Source: a virus (taxonomy: Duplodnaviria > Heunggongvirae > Uroviricota > Caudoviricetes). Taken from it: a stretch of DNA of 64,000 nucleotides. Under the pieces are notes generated by a model that saw only the letters and a list, made by a program, of their open reading frames with translations, did no database searches and was not told the DNA's origin. This document shows, one piece after another, positions 51,531 through 63,099 of the stretch. The DNA is taken from positions 1 to 64,000 of IMG/VR virus record IMGVR_UViG_3300001357_000001. One strand, written 5' to 3'. Position numbers and translations under genes: made by a program. Positions within the stretch are counted from its first letter, which is position 1. Each line of letters begins with the position of its first letter.

Positions 51531-52286
51531 ATTATTATGTCATGATGAGTCTTTTAATTCCTCTGAATCTACAGTCCTTAACATCACTGATGTTTTACTG
51601 GAATCCAATTATAATTAAACTCGCATCTTATTGTTGCATTTCATCAAGACGTTCTCTTTTAGCATATCTAATTAAAATCTTGAGTTTAAAACCCTAACGG
51701 ATGTCTGCGCTTGACTCCATTTGAGGCACATGAGAAGATTCTAACCCCTTACCTATCGCATATTACGAAATCCCTTACTTGGTAAGGTAAATAGAGATTA
51801 CGGCAACAATATTTTAAAATGAATAATCTGCCTTGCCAAGGGTAAGAATGCCTACGCTAAGATTTCTTAGGTCTTAGAAGGAGTGTCTACCTCTTATATG
51901 ATTATTAGTCATACTGTACTAACAATTCTTAATCCATCTGAACACCATTTCGGCTTATGGTCTAATAAAACATCCATCACTCAATTAGCAAAGCATTTAA
52001 CAACGATGTTACTCGGAGTTACTATCTTGGGTCTTTTATTGTAATAGACATCGGATTTATTTGTTCAGCTTCATCAGATTATTCATTATATTTTAAAAAT
52101 TACACTATACCAGACAGCCATCCCGATATCTGCCCCTTCTGAGGTTAAGGAACGATACTAGTTTATTATCTCTTGACGTACACTAGCGTAAATTCACACA
52201 GGTTGATTTTTATGGGAAATTACCCCCCAATGGTGATTTTATCTAATAATGTAATTCCGATTTCAATATTTTCAAAGAACTAATTA

Positions 52287-52316
52287 TTATACGAAGATAA
52301 TAAAAAAATGTTACAA
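52287..52316 (-). promoter_or_regulatory. phage promoter-like motif oriented to transcribe the ORF-free tRNA-like region
   Basis: identical to the promoter at 49697. Confidence 0.5.
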
Positions 52317-53296
52317 TTTACCACCAGAAAATTCCTCCCCAAATAAGAGTGAAAACAATTATTAATATAAATGCAATAAAACCTTCTCCACCACTTTCAT
52401 ATTTCACTCCACTACTAAATAAAGTACCACCAGAATTTTCACTAAGATAATCTATTAACCACCAGATTCCAAGTACTATTATTACTATTGCAAAAACTAC
52501 TATGCTCCAATGTATCATAATTATTTAATTTTATTTGGATAATCAATTATTACTATATCTCGGTATTGTTTCTTTAACCTTCCTTTTTCATCAAAATTTT
52601 CATTTACAATTTTTTTGATTTTATCTAAAGTAACTGAATCTTCTATTTGAATTTTATTTGTAGTTAATTTATCCATTTTTAATTTAAATCAATTATTTCA
52701 CTTCCAATATCATATTTGAATTTGAATTGTTTTGCAATTGAATGAGTTAGATATGGATTAGTAAAAACCTTGTCTTCCAGAACTGCTTTCTTCACGTCTT
52801 CCAGACTTGCCATTCCAAAATCAAAAGACTCACCATAAAAAGTAAAGATTTTATTTTCCAAATCTACTTTATAACTACCACCACCTCTAACCAAATCTAT
52901 GTTTGTTGCTAGTTCTTTATGAAAACTGCATTTACCTAAGATTAAACAATTACCTAGTTCATCATTGGTTTCAATAATATATTTTGGGAATAAATCCATA
53001 GTTTTTAATTAAAAATTACATAAAATCGTTATATTCAACATACTTTTCGTATTTTTCTTCATATTCATTAATGAAGTTTCTTCTAATACTAATCATATCA
53101 TCAACAAGACTTCCACATAAACCTTCGTTTCTGCGTAATAAATATATTGATACTTCACAAGTAAGTATTTTTTGAAGTGCTTGTGCTTGTTCATAAGGAA
53201 CTAAACCATCAATACCTTCTTCATCATAATCAACTTCTTTTCCTTGACGGTCAAAATACTGATTATATGTGTCTAATAAATCTACGTACATAATAT

Positions 53297-53710
53297 TTAA
53301 TTTTTTAATGCGTTATCAAAAATTTGTTTTAATTCATTTATTGTCTCATAGTCTTCACGTTCTAATGCAGAACTAATTACAGATTTTAATTGAAGTTTTA
53401 ATTCAACTAATTCATCTTTTGCTTCTGGAACAACACCATCATCCCAAACATATAATGCATTACCAAAACTCTGGCGATTTAAACCACATTTCCCACACTT
53501 ATATGCATTTCCATGTTCTTGGATATCATCAGCGATTTTACCACATCTAGGGCAATAAAATTGTTGTATTTCATCATCTACTTCACGACCTAAAACCTGA
53601 CTTTCTTTAGTCACAGGTATATATTTTGTATAATCCGATGCATGAAGTTTTTCTGCATGGCTAGGATGATTAAATTCTTGAAATACGCCTATTAATTTAT
53701 CTCTACTCAT
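53297..53710 (-). CDS. zinc-ribbon protein
   Basis: CPRCG ... CGKCG. Confidence 0.35.
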   Translation of the reverse strand: MSRDKLIGVFQEFNHPSHAEKLHASDYTKYIPVTKESQVLGREVDDEIQQFYCPRCGKIADDIQEHGNAYKCGKCGLNRQSFGNALYVWDDGVVPEAKDELVELKLQLKSVISSALEREDYETINELKQIFDNALKN

Positions 53711-53903
53711 AATGTTTTTAATTAAAAGTTCTAGTACTAATAAATCCGAAAAAAAACAAGAAACCTATTATTGGTATTAACAACCATAATAAATCATACC
53801 ATTTCGCTAATTTATATTCAGGTTCTTGTTCTGGATAATTTCTTGCCAATAATCCATCTAAATAAATTATCCCTGCTATCTTATTTAATTTTTTTAACAT
53901 TAT

Positions 53904-54230
53904 TTAAAAGTTCTTATAATCATCGTCATTTAATCCTTCGAATGGATGCATATCGTCATAGACACTACGATAGTCTCTTTCATCATGTCTACTTCCCATA
54001 AAAGCAGCACTTGCAGGACTTATTCTGGTTGTGTTATTCCTTTTCTCTGGTGTAACAGTATTCCAATACTTGTCTTTGCACTTAGTACCTGACTTAGATT
54101 TACAAAATGCTTGTTGATAATGTTTCTTCTCAAATGGTTGACCACAAGAAGGACAGTAACAAGTTTCACCTACTTTTGCAGATTTATTTTGTAAATATGT
54201 TGCTCTTATATTTATTACTGATTTTTTCAT
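53904..54230 (-). CDS. zinc-ribbon protein
   Basis: CYCPSCG ... CKSKSGTKC. Confidence 0.35.
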   Translation of the reverse strand: MKKSVINIRATYLQNKSAKVGETCYCPSCGQPFEKKHYQQAFCKSKSGTKCKDKYWNTVTPEKRNNTTRISPASAAFMGSRHDERDYRSVYDDMHPFEGLNDDDYKNF

Positions 54231-54537
54231 AATCTCTTAATAACTTAAACGTTCATCAAATTCCTTGGCAGTACAGATGTTATGTTTAACATATAATTCT
54301 TTGTAATGCCACCATCCCTCAACTCTACTATTCCAGATTATTTCCATTGCTTTTGGAATATCTTCTTCTTTAAGACAGGGATAAACGTTATTCTGTTTTG
54401 TTATAATCCCGTTTCTATTTAATACAGTTTTTTGACTTGACATTTGAGATAAATCACCATCAAGAAAAAATGTATATTTATCATTCTTTTCATTATTTAT
54501 TGCTGACCGTAATAAGTTTTCCATATTGTTTTTTATT

Positions 54538-54568
54538 ATTATACGAAATAAAAACAAAAGTGTTACAA
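54538..54568 (-). promoter_or_regulatory. phage promoter-like motif (minus strand)
   Basis: reverse complement of TTATACGAAATAAAAACAAAAGTGTTACAA; the N-terminus MFLFRII of the supplied ORF 54237-54557 is this promoter translated. Confidence 0.5.
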
Positions 54569-55680
54569 AATAATTAGTTCATCATCAATCATTATCTGAA
54601 TATTAATTTTAAAATTAACTATGCTTCTATTTGAAATAATAATGAAATGTTTGAAAGAATTTAATAATTCATGAATATGGTAGTTATCTGAATTAGCCTT
54701 GTAAAAATCAATTGTTGTTTTAATTCTATTATTCAATTCAATTACTCGTATTCGTTGTGAACTAATATCTGGTACGGTTGAAAGTAATTCATTTAAAATA
54801 ACCTCAATATCTTTAATTAAATTAGATTTATTTGGTTCTGCTAAAAATGAAGGTTGTGTAGTGTATCTATATTCTAATTTTACTGGAAATATCATAATAA
54901 TCTTTTAATCAGTTAAAAAATTAAATACGTCTTCCAGTACTTCTGCATCGGCATCAGGATTCTGTTCAGTAAGCGAATACATGTACTTAAATCCTTTAAA
55001 CCTACGAGACTTGAATATTTCATCAATAACCACACTATTATAACTAACATCATTATCTTTAGCATATTCTCTGGCAAGTTTTTCTGCTTCTGCGATTGGT
55101 ATTGCTCCACCACCAAAATAACCTAATATCCAATAATTTCTTTTCAACTTATTATCGTAGTAAATATTAAAATCAGGATGATTTTTATAATCACTTTTTC
55201 CTTCATATAATATTGAGATTAATACCCACACAAATAACAGTACGGAAATCAATATTGTGGCTAAACCTAAATAAAATAATATTCTATTATCATTTTCAAT
55301 ACCACTCGATGATAAGAACGAACTTATTAATAATAATATAAATGCCGTTGACATTAAATTAATTCTTTTCATAATATCTTATTTAAAATATTTCATGTCA
55401 GTCCATGCAACACGATTCATTTTATAACCAACACCATCATTACCAATAGCAAAATTCATTGAATCTAGTGCTTCTGGATTAAAATAAATTGGATATTCAG
55501 CACCTATTTCAAATTTATCGTTAACCGACCATTTGTCAGGTAATACATCACCTCTAAACATAGCTGTTCCAATTGCTTCAAGTTTATCTGGTAAATGACT
55601 CATTGGCGTGTGTTTAGGCACACATAATGCTGTCCTGATTTCTCTTGGTTCACCAATACTATAATTATTGTTCATATTTA

Positions 55681-56025
55681 TTAAAGAAATTGTTTAATTA
55701 TATTATTAAAGATTTTCTTATTAATTGGTTTAGATAATTTAATGTCAAAACAATTTAATTTATCTGATTCTAAATCTAAATGTGCTGATATAGCAATTAC
55801 TGGTAACTCAGGATTAATCTTTTTAATTTCAATTGTAGCATCAATGCCGTCCATAACTGGCATCATAATATCCATGAAAATTAAATCAATTTGTTCTTCA
55901 TTAAATATTTTTAATGCTTCCTTACCATTTCCTGCCTCAAAAATATTAATATTTTTATTTAAAACATAATGTTTTAATAAATATCTATTAATTTGTTCAT
56001 CATCAACAATTAAAATATTTTTCAT
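55681..56025 (-). CDS. Stand-alone CheY-like response-regulator receiver (REC) domain protein
   Basis: ILIVDDE acid pocket; DLIFMDIMMP phospho-acceptor Asp; AISAH; LSKP conserved Lys. The canonical REC residues are all present. Confidence 0.8.
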   Translation of the reverse strand: MKNILIVDDEQINRYLLKHYVLNKNINIFEAGNGKEALKIFNEEQIDLIFMDIMMPVMDGIDATIEIKKINPELPVIAISAHLDLESDKLNCFDIKLSKPINKKIFNNIIKQFL

Positions 56026-56522
56026 GTTTATATTAAGTTTAATATAAATACAATTTATTATATGGAAATTTCAATACCCAATAACTTATTTACCCAAATT
56101 AAATAATTAATGGCATCGAAAAAAGGAAGGCTATCTGTAAGTTCTAACATTTCCTGTTGAGAATAACGTCTGGTCTTTGCTACTAACTTTATGATTTCTT
56201 TTACTGTCATAACATCAAGTTTTAGTAAAGGTAAATACTTTTAAATTTGAAATTATTTCTCTTTTTTTAATTCAAATCCACATTCTTCTAAAAACCCCTG
56301 ACCTACAGGACTACCAAGCCATTGAATAGTACTTATAACTATTTTTTCCTCTCGTTCTGTCAGAAATTCACTTGGTTGTATACCATTCTCTTTTGGTGGG
56401 AAAACAATCATACTCATATCTTTATCACCATGTTTTTCAATGAATTTATCATGCAATTCCTTTTCTACAGGATTACTCTTATGTCTGTATTTCTTATATC
56501 CTTCCATAATATATTTTTATTA

Positions 56523-56552
56523 TTATACGATTTTAATTAAATTATGTTACAA
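56523..56552 (-). promoter_or_regulatory. phage promoter-like motif (minus strand)
   Basis: reverse complement of TTATACGATTTTAATTAAATTATGTTACAA. Confidence 0.5.
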
Positions 56553-57015
56553 GTTCTAATGATAATTTTCTCTGCTTCTCTGCAATACTTTTTGCTTTCT
56601 TATTTTTAAATATATGATATGGAGTATCGCCTTTCTCACTATTACATTTAAAACAACACTCAACAAAATTTGAATTATCTAATATATTATCAACTTTACT
56701 TGCAGGTATCATGTGGTCGATTGTAATACAATCTTTAATATTTTGTCTGTTCTTATTTCTTTTAGGAAGATTATAGACTGGCTTATGACAATAATGACAA
56801 GTCCAATGACCATTTCTTCTCACTTTTCTCAAAAAATGTCTTTTAACAATGAATAAATATCGCCAATCATTTTCCTGACTATAACTCACATCTAAATCCT
56901 GATAATAATTTCTTAATAATAGTGATGCAGAATATGATTTTGGACTTGAAGGTATTGTTAATATGACATGATTTAACCTTCTGTTTTTCGATATGTTATT
57001 AAAAACAATTTTCAT
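56542..57015 (-). CDS. HNH endonuclease
   Basis: CHYCHKPV ... TIDHMIPASK ... CCFKCNSEKG. Confidence 0.65.
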   Translation of the reverse strand: MKIVFNNISKNRRLNHVILTIPSSPKSYSASLLLRNYYQDLDVSYSQENDWRYLFIVKRHFLRKVRRNGHWTCHYCHKPVYNLPKRNKNRQNIKDCITIDHMIPASKVDNILDNSNFVECCFKCNSEKGDTPYHIFKNKKAKSIAEKQRKLSLELVT

Positions 57016-57354
57016 TTATTTTTTTAGTTCTTTTAATATGCTTTTGCAAATCATAGTTCTTTCCATGTTTTCTGTCGGAGGAAACCAGAATAAACCATCA
57101 TCGTCAATAACAGTACCAACATAATCATAAAAAATATCTGGTTTATGTTTTAATAATTCTGGAATTAATTCAAAATTATTGCTATTAACATCAAAATAAT
57201 ATTGAAAAAGATTACAAAACCCAAAATCAAATAAATCCGTAGCATCATCAATGACTTGAATTTCCTGTGTGTATATTTTCAAACAAAACTCAAAAAATCT
57301 TATCTTCTGAGCAACGCTCATTTTACCTTTATAATATCTAATTTCTTCAATCAT
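57016..57354 (-). CDS. hypothetical protein, paralog of the ORF at 63656-63982
   Basis: shared AQKIRF, IPELLKHKPDIF / IPEFLQYKPDTF and FWFP / FWFK. Confidence 0.45.
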   Translation of the reverse strand: MIEEIRYYKGKMSVAQKIRFFEFCLKIYTQEIQVIDDATDLFDFGFCNLFQYYFDVNSNNFELIPELLKHKPDIFYDYVGTVIDDDGLFWFPPTENMERTMICKSILKELKK

Positions 57355-57357
57355 AGC

Positions 57358-57669
57358 TTATTTTTTAAAAAATGTTTTATAATTCGTCTTATGTATTGGA
57401 TTACTACAATTTCCTTTGTGCGTGAGAAAATCACTACGATTACCATTTACAACCCCAATATAATCACAACCATCAATCTTATATTGATAGATTACCGTAT
57501 ATTGATTTGGAAACCTACTTTGAATAGTATCAATTGGCTGTCCTTCTATCCAGTTCTCACCAATAACTTCATTAGGTCTATCATTATCACTTATTCCACA
57601 AGCAATTAATGTAATAAGACTTAAAATTAATAATGTCGTTAATATTTTAATGACTATGTTTTTATTCAT
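57358..57669 (-). CDS. lipoprotein
   Basis: Signal peptide with lipobox LIAC. Confidence 0.45.
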   Translation of the reverse strand: MNKNIVIKILTTLLILSLITLIACGISDNDRPNEVIGENWIEGQPIDTIQSRFPNQYTVIYQYKIDGCDYIGVVNGNRSDFLTHKGNCSNPIHKTNYKTFFKK

Positions 57670-57715
57670 ATCTTTTATTTTAAAAGTTTGACATTATATT
57701 TCTAATTTATTGTTA

Positions 57716-57745
57716 TTATACGAAGATAATAAAAAAATGTTACAA
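57716..57745 (-). promoter_or_regulatory. phage promoter-like motif (minus strand)
   Basis: TTATACGAAGATAATAAAAAAATGTTACAA. Confidence 0.55.
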
Positions 57746-57788
57746 AAAATGAGAGAGCAGTAGTCTGGTTAACTAGCGATACTCTCTC
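57744..57788 (-). terminator. rho-independent terminator abutting the promoter -35; loop AGTTAACCAGACT
   Basis: minus strand GAGAGAG-N24-CTCTCTC followed by TTTTTT. Confidence 0.55.
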
Positions 57789-58590
57789 AAATTAATATAA
57801 ACCCTTAATGACTCAAATATACGAAAAAGACTTATGTTTGTTACAATTCTCGTCCTTATTTTTTCTTATTTAAGAAGACTATTTTCATTGTTCTTAATAA
57901 AAAAAGTCAATAATTGCACTGCCAAGCATTTTAAATAAAATACCGACAAAGAATAAAAGCATAAGTAATACTGTTGTAATAATGCCTGTTAATATTATTT
58001 TACCTGCATCAATACGATAATCTCTTTTCTCTGGTAACGACATATCTCTTACATAATGATTGTAAGGAATAATACCTATTAAATATAAGATAATAAGTAC
58101 TGACATAATACTGATTAAACCAACTAAAAAATCTATCATAACTTCTTATTTAAAAATTATTAATCATATTTTTTTAATTTTTCTTCAACACTTTCTAAAA
58201 TAGCAAGTATTTCAGGAGTCTGTTTTGCTTTGCCTTCAATTAAAACTGGATTAGCAAGTACTTCTTTTAAAAAAGTAGTACTGAAATTATCAATATTATT
58301 TCTATCGGCAACAGGATGCATATAATGACCATCATTTTCATCACCAAAAATATTGATAAGCATTGCAATTAAGTCTTTCTGTTCGTCATTAAGACCTAAT
58401 TCTTTTAACCATACAACAGGTTTTGATTTATCGTCTTCCATTATAATTTTTATTTCACAATAAGGTATATGAATAATACGAAGCGGAGAACGTAATTGCT
58501 ATTAACTTAAAACTCCCACAAGGCAACGTTTTTAATTTAGTGACACTATGGTGAATCCGCAGTATTCATATACTTTATCGTTATTACATA

Positions 58591-58620
58591 TTATACGATT
58601 ATTAATTAAAATTGTTACAC
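58591..58620 (-). promoter_or_regulatory. phage promoter-like motif (minus strand), followed by a 150 nt GC-richer leader
   Basis: reverse complement of TTATACGATTATTAATTAAAATTGTTACAC. Confidence 0.45.
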
Positions 58621-60309
58621 CACCGTTTCAACTTATGATACCATTTATTATAAATCAAATCTCTTCTTTTTCTTAACACAATACAATTATCACAATTACA
58701 ATATTCCTTTGGGTTCGAACCCCCTACACCTTCAGGCAATATTGCTAAATTATGTTTATGCACTTTTGGTAGCTTTCGTTTCATATTTTTATTTAAATTT
58801 ACCAATTTCTTTTCAAAACAGGAAGTTCGAAAATAACTAAATCTTCTTCTCGATAATCTCCATCACCAACCCATATGTCGGCAGGAACAAAATATGATTT
58901 ATAATCATCTTTGATTTCATAAGTATTAATACTTGCAAATGCCTTATGTGTTGGTTTCCAGAACTCAAACCACTTACGATTAGTTTTTGCTAAAACAATT
59001 AAGTTATCTGAGGTCTTATATGTGCTCCAAGGAAATGGATGTACAGTACTATGTGGATAAAAACCATTTTCTTCTTTTAAATCATTCAGGCATTGATTCC
59101 AATCATCTAAATTCCTGATATTTTTAAAATAACATGGACTATCTGAACCAGTACAAGAACCAATATGTTTTAACTCACCTTGTTCCTCTACGAATATTTC
59201 GTTATAAAATGCCATAATAATTAGTCGTTTTTATATAATTTTTTTATCTGTTCCGTAATTACAATTATAATATCGGAAATTCTTTTGTTTTGCTCAGAAT
59301 ACCTTATCATTGTCTCATTATTTGATTCATCAACAACAATCTTAGTACCTTTATGTTCGACACTTATTTTCATAACTTTTATTTAAAATTACCAATTGAT
59401 TTCAATTTCATATTCCCCTGCTTCAAGTAGACCTTTTTTATGTAGGTCATTGGCAAGTACTTCTAAATTAGGATAGAAATTTCGTTGCCAAAACAATTTA
59501 ATTTCCCAATCCTCTGTTCTATCATCAACAGGTTCTTTAGGGTCACGTTTTAACCATGATTCGAATTTAACACCCATTTCACTACCATTAACTACTTCTG
59601 GAATGCTTTCAGCCATATTAGCATCGTTTTCATCAGCTTCATCATAAGGAACACTTAGATGAACCATACCTCTACCTTGACAACCATCTTGTTGTTGAAA
59701 ACTATATGGTTTACCATAGGTTTCCTTAACTAAATCATCCCAATCAAATACATCAATTATTTTTTTTGTTTTTACCTTAATCATAATCACAATTTTTTTA
59801 GAACAGTACTTACTTTATTTTTCATTGCATTTACCTTCGAAACAAATGTTTCAGTATCTAAGTCCGAAGTAGCTTTTGCTTTCAAATGTACAGGAATGTC
59901 TTCACTTAATGCCTGTAATTGATTTTCAAGTAGACTTAAGGTCTTGTAAATACCATCAGTATTTTTTTCATTTAACTTATTAAGTACATCAGAACTATAT
60001 ACGCTTTTTGAACCCACACCTGTTTCAAGAACGTTTGTGATTTCTAACCATAAGTGATGTACGTCTTCAAAATCATCAGCTTTCATTGGTAGTGATTTCT
60101 GAAGTTGTAAATTATTTATTGAAAAAGAACTACCACTATCTTGCCAACCACCATAATATGAGTATTGAAGTACGTTATCTTCACCTAAAACAACACTTAA
60201 GGTCATCTTATTCCCAAATTGTTCATTAAATGAGTCTGAATACGATTCATCATATAGTCTGAAAATAATTAGTCTCTTTTTCATAATATTTTTGTATTAC
60301 TTATAGTAG

Positions 60310-60349
60310 TTATACGAAAAATCCTTAATAATGTTACATATTAAGGATT
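60310..60349 (-). promoter_or_regulatory. phage promoter-like motif whose -35 is embedded in a perfect 11 bp inverted repeat (possible operator)
   Basis: AATCCTTAATA-ATGTTACAT-ATTAAGGATT. Confidence 0.45.
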
Positions 60350-60371
60350 TGATTCAATTATTTTATTGTAA

Positions 60372-60797
60372 TTAATTATCAATAAATTTTTTATACTCTT
60401 TAGGTATTTCACCTTCAAACTTCTGCCAATTAAATTTAGACGATTGAGCATTATATTCTGCTACTAATGAATTATAAGACGCTTTTATTCCTGCTAATTC
60501 AATTCTCCATTGATTCAATTGTTCTTTATCAGTCCTATCCCAATCTTTTCTTTTCACATCTTCATAATCTTCCACCATCTGATTAATGTTTGCCTGATAA
60601 ACTTCGATATCTTTTTCCTTTTTATCTAGTTCGGCAGATGCATTTTTGAACCACTCGTATTTTTCTAACATTGCAGAAGGTGAAAATTCTTCTTTAGCGA
60701 CATCAACGGCATCCCTTGTGAAAAAATTACAAGTTTTGATTACAAATAATCCAATAAATACCGCTACTACAATTAGTACTATCTTATATGTTTTCAT
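60372..60797 (-). CDS. membrane-anchored protein
   Basis: N-terminal transmembrane helix. Confidence 0.4.
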   Translation of the reverse strand: MKTYKIVLIVVAVFIGLFVIKTCNFFTRDAVDVAKEEFSPSAMLEKYEWFKNASAELDKKEKDIEVYQANINQMVEDYEDVKRKDWDRTDKEQLNQWRIELAGIKASYNSLVAEYNAQSSKFNWQKFEGEIPKEYKKFIDN

Positions 60798-60798
60798 A

Positions 60799-61323
60799 TT
60801 AATTGGCTTCGAAATTTATAATAATATTTTTCACAGCTAGTGGTTGGTCTGAAATATGTAGTATCTGACCACCGCTTACATAATGTTGATGATAACGACC
60901 TTGAACATCCCACCAAAATAAATAAGGTATTGACGAACCATATGTTCCATCATCTTGAATCACTTCCTTAGTATAATAATTACTTCCACCAATATTAACT
61001 TTCATTGCTTCATCCGAACCAACAATATCACCAGTACCACCATTAAGTGTTGTTGGAGTTAATCTCTTACCTGAACTAGTTACCTTACCATCTACAGTCG
61101 AATAAATAAGTACCTGACCAGACATCGATGAAATCACATATAGATGTTTAATCGAACCCGGTTTGTTTTCCTGTTCTAATCTTTTAGCAACATTACTTTG
61201 TTCAAAAGTTAGACCATCTGATTGTACTTCAACTTTTGCTTCTGCCTTTTTTACACCCGATGATGATTCAGGTACGGCATCTGTTGCATCACATCCAGAA
61301 TTACTCATTAATGCGAACATCAA
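60799..61323 (-). CDS. lipoprotein
   Basis: lipobox MSNSGC. Confidence 0.4.
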   Translation of the reverse strand: MMFALMSNSGCDATDAVPESSSGVKKAEAKVEVQSDGLTFEQSNVAKRLEQENKPGSIKHLYVISSMSGQVLIYSTVDGKVTSSGKRLTPTTLNGGTGDIVGSDEAMKVNIGGSNYYTKEVIQDDGTYGSSIPYLFWWDVQGRYHQHYVSGGQILHISDQPLAVKNIIINFEAN

Positions 61324-62024
61324 TAAAATTGTAAAAATACTAAAATTTTTTTTTTCATAATTACTTTTTTTTTTGTTAATAATTTATATTTAAAAACCAT
61401 TTATTTTTATATAAAAAAGCATCCAATATCACAAGGATGCATTTATATTTGTGTTAAAGAATGTCGTCTGTCGGGTCTCTATCAAGTAATAGAAACATTC
61501 CAACACCAAGACATAAAATAACTCCAAATACTACTCCCCATCCAACAAACCAGTCTGCCCAATAAGTTGTTAGGTCTTTACTTACTGCTCCCAATAAGGT
61601 AAACAGTATAAGTAATAGTACTAATCCAATAAGTTGTTTGATTTTCATAAATTTAATTTTAATTAATACTTAATATAAATATCTTCTTGACTTTATTATA
61701 CGATAATTATGTCAAAAGGTTACAAAGAATTAAGATAATAATCACTTGACATTAATTCCTGTGTATTTTCAAATCTTAAATTAAATAGGTCAGAAGGAAT
61801 GCAAATTAATTCTAAATCCCACTTAAGTAATTCTTCTCGCATAGCAAGAAACAAATACTCTTTATCAATCAATCTCTTATCGATTTTAGAACTACTCGAC
61901 ATGATATAAACTCTATTATCATCAGGAAACGCACAGAGCTTGAAGATAAAATAATCTGTACGTAAGACATAATGAACGTTACTATGATTGCCATGTCCTA
62001 CTGGATAACTTTTTAATTTAGTCA

Positions 62025-62435
62025 TTATATTAGTTTTAATGCTTCCTGTAAACCTGCTTCTAGTGCTTCTTCATAAGAAGAATAAATACACTCTAAATCA
62101 ATTAAAATTCTTTTATCTACTTGATTAATATCTCCCATGTATTTATTACTTAACTCTCCGTAAGCTATAGTAATATGAATATTATGTTTTTCTCTCAACC
62201 ATTTTTGTAATAATGATTGACGAGGTGCTAAATATGCTTCTGATTTATTATTTGCTTTTTCTTTTGCAGATTGAAAATATCTACCTTCACAAACATATTC
62301 ACCATTCTCATTTAAATCAGTACGTCCATTTAATTTACCAAAATAATTATACCATGAAGTATTAAAAATATCTTGTGGAAATTTCTTTTCTTTAGCTATT
62401 TTCGCTGTTTCAAAACTAATTACTTCTTCTTTCAT
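62025..62435 (-). CDS. hypothetical protein, paralog of the ORF at 47326-47775
   Basis: see the 47326 entry. Confidence 0.45.
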   Translation of the reverse strand: MKEEVISFETAKIAKEKKFPQDIFNTSWYNYFGKLNGRTDLNENGEYVCEGRYFQSAKEKANNKSEAYLAPRQSLLQKWLREKHNIHITIAYGELSNKYMGDINQVDKRILIDLECIYSSYEEALEAGLQEALKLI

Positions 62436-62583
62436 AATTTTTAATTAAAATTACCATTCAAAATGTTCGGTTATAATTTTTAATGCCTTATCAACTTGGT
62501 TAGTCATAACATACCAAAACATTCTGATATCAGCAATGATATGATATAACCAATATATGTTTTTAAATAACCACTTATTCATA

Positions 62584-63045
62584 TTACCTAATGCTAAGTA
62601 AAAAATTAATTAATAAATCATGATTAAATGCAAAATCATAGTCTTTCAACATAGAAGTACTCACCCATGCATAATCTGTACATTCCTTCAAGTCTAACTT
62701 TACATCAGGTCTATTAAGTAACTCAAACACAAACTGTAATGCAGTACCATTTAATGTATATGGTCTGGTATAATCACTATTAATCACATCAAATGCTCTT
62801 ATATCAATACCAGTTTCTTCAAATAATTCCCTATAAGCAGCATCTAAAAAGTTTTCATTAAATTCCACATAACCACATGGTAAACACCATTTACCTGCAT
62901 GATTCATATTCTCTGAACGTTTTACAATCAATACAAAACCATTTACAAGTACTAATGCATCAGTACTAACGCTTGGACTTATCCAATGCTTATTGCCCTG
63001 AGTATCGGTTATTTCTTTATTTGGAGTACTGTTAAATCTACCCAT
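62584..63045 (-). CDS. NUDIX hydrolase
   Basis: Nudix box GKWCLPCGYVEFNENFLDAAYRELFEETGI (G-x5-E-x7-REUxEExGU). Confidence 0.8.
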   Translation of the reverse strand: MGRFNSTPNKEITDTQGNKHWISPSVSTDALVLVNGFVLIVKRSENMNHAGKWCLPCGYVEFNENFLDAAYRELFEETGIDIRAFDVINSDYTRPYTLNGTALQFVFELLNRPDVKLDLKECTDYAWVSTSMLKDYDFAFNHDLLINFLLSIR

Positions 63046-63069
63046 TATTTATATTTTTGGTTATAGTAC

Positions 63070-63099
63070 TTATACGAAAATCAATAATAAAAGTTACAA
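63070..63099 (-). promoter_or_regulatory. phage promoter-like motif (minus strand)
   Basis: reverse complement of TTATACGAAAATCAATAATAAAAGTTACAA. Confidence 0.5.

Noticed and set aside
51000-52290. tmRNA or group I intron in the ORF-free region
   Set aside because: Only T-arm-like fragments could be matched by eye. No tRNA-like 5' end, resume codon or P-Q-R-S intron core was recognisable. A covariance search is needed.
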